A stretch of 64,000 nt of DNA from assembly GCF_009914755.1 (NCBI RefSeq), contig NC_060933.1; one strand, given 5' to 3'. This DNA comes from the human T2T-CHM13v2.0 reference genome, Homo sapiens. Shown piece after piece: positions 58,401 through 64,000 of the stretch (its first letter is position 1; the number at the start of each line of letters is the position of its first letter). A program made the translations under genes and the position numbers. The notes under the pieces were generated by a model that was given only the letters and a program-made list of their open reading frames with translations, was not told the DNA's origin and ran no database searches.

Positions 58401-61400
58401 TCAACCCGAGTACAGGGGAATGGAATGGAATGGAATGCAATGGAATGGAATCATCCGTAATGGAATGGAAAGGAATGGAATGGAATGGAATGGAATGGAA
58501 TCAACTCGATCGCAATCGAATGGAATGGAATGGAATTAACCCGAATAGAATGGAATGGAATGGAATTGAACGGAACGGAACGGAACGGAACGGAATGGAA
58601 TTGAATGGAATGGAACGGAAAGGAATGGAATGGAATGGAATGGAATGGAATGGAATCAACGCGAGTGCAGGGGAATGTAATGTAATGTAATGTAATGGAA
58701 TGGAATCTTCCGGAATGGAATGGAATGGAATGGAATCAACCCGAGTGCAATGGAATGGAGTGGAATGGAATGGAATGGAATGGAACAACCCGAATGGAAT
58801 CCAATGTAATGGAGAGTAAGGGAGTTGAATAGAATCAATCCGAATGTAATGGAATGGAATGGAACGGAATGGAATTGAATGGAATGGAATGGAATGCAAT
58901 GGAATGGAATCAACCCGAGTGCAATGGAATGTAGAGGAATGGAATGGAATGGAGTGGAATGGAATGGAATGGAATGGAGCAACCCGAATGGAATGGAATG
59001 TAATGGAGAGTAAGGGAGTTGAATAGAATCAATTCGAATGTAATGGAATGGAATGCAACGGAATGGAATGGAATGGAATGGAATGGAATGGAATGGAATG
59101 GAATGCAAAGGAATGGAATCAACCCGAGTGGAATGGCATGGAATGGAATGCAATGGATTGGAATGGAATGGAATCAACTCGAGTGGAAAGGAATGGAATG
59201 GAATGGAAAGGAATGGAATGAATTCAACTCGAGTGGAATGGAATGGAATGGATTGGAATGGATTGCAATGGAATGAAATGGAATGGAATGGAATGGAATC
59301 AATCATTCCGAGTGGAATGGAAGGGAATGTAATGGAGTGGAAAGAAGGGAATGGAATCAACCCGATTGGAATGCAAGGCAATGGAATGGAATGGAAAGGA
59401 ATGGAATGGAATCAATCATGGAAGGGAATGTAATGGAGTGGAAAGAAGGGAATGGAATCAACCCGAGTGGAATGCAAGTCAATGGAATGGAATGAAAGGA
59501 ATGGAATGGAATCAACTCGATTGCAATGGAATGGAATGGAATTGAATGGAATGGAATGGAATTAACCGGAATAGAATGGAATGGAATGGAATGGAACGGA
59601 ATGGAATGGAATGGAAGGGAATGGAATCAACACGAGTGCAGGGGAATGGAATGGAATGGAATGCAATGGAATGGAATCATCCGGAATGGAATGGAATGGA
59701 ATGGAATCAACTCCATTGCAATGGAATGGAATGGAATGGAATGGAATAGAATGGAATGGAATTCACCCGAATAGAATGGAATGCAATAGAATGGAATGCA
59801 ATGGAACCGAATGGAGTGGAATGGAATGGAATGGAATCTACCCGAGTACAGGGGAATGGAAAGGAATGGAATGCAATGGAAAGGAATCATCCGGAATGGA
59901 ATGGAATGGAATGGAATGGAATGGAATCAACCCGACTGCAGGGGAATGGAATGGAATGGAATGCAATGGAATGGATTCAACTTGAATGGAATGGAAAGAA
60001 TGGAATCAACAAGAGTGGAATGGCATGGATTGGAATGGAATGGAATGGAATCAACCCGAGTACAGGGGAATGGAATGGAATGTAATGCAATGGAATGGAA
60101 TCATCCGTAATGGAATGGAAAGGAATGGAATGGAATGGAATGGAATGGAATGGAATGGAATCAACTCGATTGCAATCGAATGGAATGGAATGGAATTAAC
60201 CCGAATAGAATGGAATGGAATGGAACGGAACGGAATGGAATGGAATGGAATGGAATGGAACGGAACGGAATGGAATGGAATGCAATGGAATGGAATCAAC
60301 TTGAATGGAATGGAAAGAATGGAAACAACACGAGTGGAATGGCATGGATTGGAATGGAATGGAATGGAATCAACCCGAGTACAGGGGAATGGAATGGAAT
60401 GGAACGGAACGGAATGGAATGGAATGGAATGGAACGGAATGGCACGGAATGGAATGGAATGGAGTGGAATGGAATGGTATGGAATGGAACGGAATGGTAC
60501 GGAATAGAATGGAATGGAACGAATTGAAATGGAATGGAATTGAATGGAATGGAATGGAATGGAATGGAATCAACGCGAGTGCAGGGGAATGTAATGGAAC
60601 GGAATGCAATCGAATGGAATCATCCGGAATGGAATGGAATGGAATGGAATGGAATGGAATCAACCCGAGTGCAATGGAATGGAGTGGAATGGAATGGAAT
60701 GGAATGGAACAACCCGAATGGAATGGAATGGAATGGAGAGTAAGGGAGTTGAATAGAATCAATCCGAATGTAATGGAATGGAATGCAACGGAATGGAATG
60801 GAATAGAATGGAATGGAATGCAATGGAATGGAATCAACACGAGTACAATGGAATGGAATGGAATAGAATGGAATGGAATGGAATGGAATGGAATGATACG
60901 GAATAGAATGGAATGGAACGAAATTGAATGGAATGGAATGGAATGGAATGGAATGGAATGGAATGGAATGGAATGGAATGGAATCGTTCCGAGTGGAATA
61001 GGAGGGAATGTATTCGAGTGGAATGGAAAGGAATGGAATCAACCAGAGTGGAATGGAAGGGAATGGAATGGAATGGAAACTAATAGAATGGAATCAACCC
61101 GAGTGGAATGGAATGGAAAGGACTGGAATGGAATGGAATGGAATGGAATCAACTCGATTGTAATGGAATGGAATGGAATGGAATGGAATGGAATGGAATG
61201 GAATTAACCCGAATACAATGGAATGGAATGGAATGGAACGGAATGGAGTGGAATGGAATGGAATCAACCCGAGTGCAGGGGAATGGAATGGAATGGAATG
61301 CAATGGAATGGAATCATCCGGAATGGAATGGAATGGAATGGAATGCAAAGCAATGGAATCAACTAGATTGCAATGGAATGGAATGGAATGGAATGGAATA

Positions 61401-63669
61401 CATTGGAATCAACCCGACTGGAATGGAATGGAAAGGACTGGAATGGAGTGGAATGGAATGGAATGAAATGGAATGGAATGGAATCAACTCGATTGGAATG
61501 GAATGGAATGGAATGGAAAGGAATGGAATTAACCCGAGTAGAAAGGAATGGAATGCAATGGAACGGAACGGAACGGAATGGAATGGAATGTAATGGAATG
61601 GAATCAATCCGACTACAGGGGAATGGAATGGAATGGAATGCAATGGAATGGATTCAACTTGAATGGAATGGAAAGAATGGAATCAACACGAGTGGAATGG
61701 CATGGATTGGAATGGAATGGAATGGAATCAACCCGAGTACAGGGGAATGGAATGGAATGGAATGCAATGGAATGGAATCATCCGTAATGGAATGGAAAGG
61801 AATGGAATGGAATGGAATGGAATGGAATGGAATGGAATGGAATGGAATCAACTCGATTGCAATCGAATGGAATGGAATGGAATTAACCCGAATAGAATGG
61901 AATGGAATGGAATGGAACGGAACGGAACGGAACGGAATGGAATGGAATGGAATGGAACGGAAAGGAATGGAATGGAATGGAATGGAATGGAATGGAATGG
62001 AATGGAATGGAATCAACGCGAGTGCAGGGGAATGGAATGGAATGGAATGCAATGGAATGGAATCTTCCGGAATGGAATGGAATGGAATGGAATGGAATGG
62101 AATAAACCCGAGTGCAATGGAATGGATTGGAATGGAATGGAATGGAATGGAACAACCCGAATGGAATGGAATGTAATGGAGACTAAGGGAGATGAATAGT
62201 ATCAATCCGAATGTAATCGAATGGAAAGGAACGGAATGGAATTGAATGGAATGGAATGGATTGCAATGGAATGGAATCAACCCGAGTGCAATGGAATGGA
62301 GAGGAATGGAATGGAATGGAATGGAAACTACCCGAATGGAATGGAATGTAATGGAGTGTAAGGGAATTGAATAGAATCAATCCGAATGTAATGGAATGGA
62401 ATGGAACGGAATGGAATAGAATGGAATGGAATGGAATGGAATGCAATGGAATGGAATCAACCCGAGTGCAATCGAATGGAATCGAATGGAATGCAATGCA
62501 ATGGAATGGATTCAACTTGAATGGAATGGAAAGAATGGAATCAACACGAGTGGAAGGGCATGGATTGGAATGCAATGGAATGGAATCAACCTGAGTACAG
62601 GGGAATGGAATGGAATGGAATGAAATGGAATGGAATCATCCGTAATGGAATGGAAAGGAATGGAATGGAATGGAATGGAATGGAATGGAATGGAATGGAA
62701 TGGAATCAACACGATTGCAATCGAATGGAATGGAATGAAATTAACCCGAATAGAATGGAATGGAATGGAATGGAACGGAACGGAATGGAATGGAATGGAA
62801 TGGAATGGAACGGAGCGGAACGGAACGGAATTTAATGGAATGGAACGGAATGGAATCAACGCGAGTGCAGGGGAATGGAATGGAATGGAATGCAATGGAA
62901 TGGAATCATCCGGAATGGAATGGAATGGAATGGAATGCAAAGCAATGGAATCAACTCGATTGCAATGGAATGGAATGGACTGGAAAGGAATACATTGGAA
63001 TCAACCCGAGTGGAATGGAATGGAAAGGACTGGAATGGAGTGGAATGGAATGGAATAGAATGGAATGGAATCAACTCGATTGGAATGGAATGGAACGGAA
63101 TGGAATGGAATGGAATTAACCCGAATAGAATGGAATGGAATGAAATGGAATGGAACGGAACGGAATGGAATGGAATCGAATGGAATGGAATGGAATGGAA
63201 TGGAATGGAATGGAATCAACCCGACTGCAGGGGAATGGAATGGAATGGAATGCAATGGAATGGATTCAACTTGAATGGAATGGAAAGAATGGAATCAACA
63301 CGAGTGGAATGGCATGGATTGGAATGGAATGGAATGGAATCAACCCGAGTACAGGGGAATGGAATGGAATGGAATGCAATGGAATGGAATCATCCGTAAT
63401 GGAATGGAAAGGAATGGAATGGAATGGAATGGAATGGAATCGAATGGAATGGAATCAACTCGATTGCAATCGAATGGAATGGAATGTAATTAACCGAATA
63501 GAATGGAATGGAATGGAATGCAACGGAACGGAATGGAATGGAATGGAATGGAATGGAATGGAACGGAAAGGAAGGGAATGGAATGGAATAGAATGGAATG
63601 GAATGGAATCAACGCGAGTGCAGGGGAATGGAATGGAATGGAATGCAATGGAATGGAATCTTCCGGAAT
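25483..63669. promoter_or_regulatory. Dispersed canonical heat-shock elements (nGAAnnTTCnnGAAn), about 23 copies in dialect B
   Basis: ggaatcttccggaat 15-mers starting at 25483, 26117, 28924, 31140, 31644, 33065, 33819, 38821, 40234, 44800, 46299, 47152, 48770, 49628, 52644, 53233, 56428, 57251, 58702, 62059 and 63655, plus consensus-preserving variants at 36256 (cttccagaa) and 50732 (ggaagcttccggaa). Motif match only; binding not shown. Confidence 0.6.
36535..45060 (+). repeat. ~2.5-kb block duplicated at ~6.0-kb offset (~36535-39080 and ~42541-45060)
   Basis: ORF offsets 6009 (37024/43033, 37158/43167) and 5979 (38441/44420, 38670/44649). Private variants gaaattaatag, caacttaaatgg, gaattgaatcaacctgagtac, gggaacatccggaagg and the ggatgg deletion. 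Confidence 0.85.
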
Positions 63670-64000
63670 GGAATGGAATGGAATGGAATGGAATGGAATA
63701 AACCCGAGTGCAATGGAATGGAGTGGAATGGAATGGAATGGAATGGAACAACCCGAATGGAATGGAATGTAATGGAGAGTAAGGGAGTTGAATAAAATCA
63801 ATCCGAATATAATGGAATGGAATGGAAGGGAATGGAATTGAATGGAATGGAATGGAATGCAATGGAATGGAATCAACCCGAGTGCAATGGAATGGAGAGG
63901 AATGGAATGGAATGGAATGGAAACTACCCGAATGGAATGGAATGTAATGGAGTGTAAGGGAATTGAATAGAATCAATCCGAATGTAATGGAATGGAATGG

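Larger units (their letters stand above)
1..64000. repeat. Satellite III (HSat3-type) (GGAAT)n/(CATTC)n array
   Basis: Continuous GGAAT/ATTCC pentamers interrupted by in-phase 10-bp motifs CAACCCGAGT, CAACTCGATT and TAACCCGAAT, the classical Sat III signature. Lacks the CATTCGATTC periodicity of HSat2. No unique sequence seen anywhere. Confidence 0.97.
6987..64000 (+). repeat. Right arm: satellite with GGAAT on the + strand
   Basis: (ggaat)n from 6987 to the end of the window with no further orientation change seen. Confidence 0.97.
24241..64000 (+). repeat. Sub-array dialect B with irregular higher-order repeats
   Basis: From ~24245 on: caacccgactgcagggg, ttcaacttg...ggaaagaatggaatcaacacgag, catccgtaa, gattgcaatcg, caacgcgagtgcagggg, gaatcttccgg, gagagtaagggagttg, cgttccgagtggaataggaggg, aatacattgg and GGAAC runs. 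Confidence 0.85.

Noticed and set aside
88-63976. Hundreds of ORFs (up to 423 aa) encoding MEWNG or IPFHS repeats
   Set aside because: (GGAAT)n and (ATTCC)n have no stop codon in any frame, so overlapping ORFs on both strands are expected. No domain, codon or splice evidence was seen.
24241-64000. CRISPR-like repeat/spacer appearance of recurrent motifs
   Set aside because: The 'spacers' are GGAAT runs rather than unique sequences, spacing is irregular, and there are no cas genes.
1-64000. HSat2 or telomeric repeat
   Set aside because: No CATTCGATTC periodicity and no TTAGGG tracts; the CAACCCGAGT plus long pure pentamer runs fit HSat3.
6987-64000. SCA31-type (TGGAA)n pathogenic insertion / pentapeptide translation
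   Set aside because: That is a few-kb intronic insertion with unique flanks. This is a >64-kb structured satellite, and there is no evidence of translation here.
6987-64000. EWS-FLI1 GGAA microsatellite enhancers
   Set aside because: These need tandem tetramer (GGAA)n; the repeat here is a pentamer.

Overview
The whole 64 kb is classical Satellite III (HSat3-type) DNA: a (GGAAT/ATTCC)n pentamer array interspersed with 10-bp variant motifs such as CAACCCGAGT and CAACTCGATT. It is most likely human or great-ape pericentromeric heterochromatin; species and chromosome cannot be assigned by eye. I see no genes, RNA genes, transposons or unique sequence, and the ORFs (MEWNG/IPFHS repeats) arise because the pentamer has no stop codon. 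The interest lies in the internal architecture. (1) There is one clean strand switch at 6987-6988, with 2-bp microhomology and no insert. (2) Two motif dialects (A and B) are arranged as a mirror, B'-A'|A-B, around that switch. (3) Perfect three-unit heat-shock elements (nGAAnnTTCnnGAAn, from the variant GGAATCTTCCGGAAT) occur about 25 times and only in dialect B. (4) Dialect B has a branched higher-order repeat grammar of ~0.8-kb and ~1.8-kb loops. (5) Several recent tandem and dispersed duplications are traceable by private variants. (6) Almost all pentamer register shifts are -1. All coordinates and counts were read by eye, so block ends are approximate (tens of bp).
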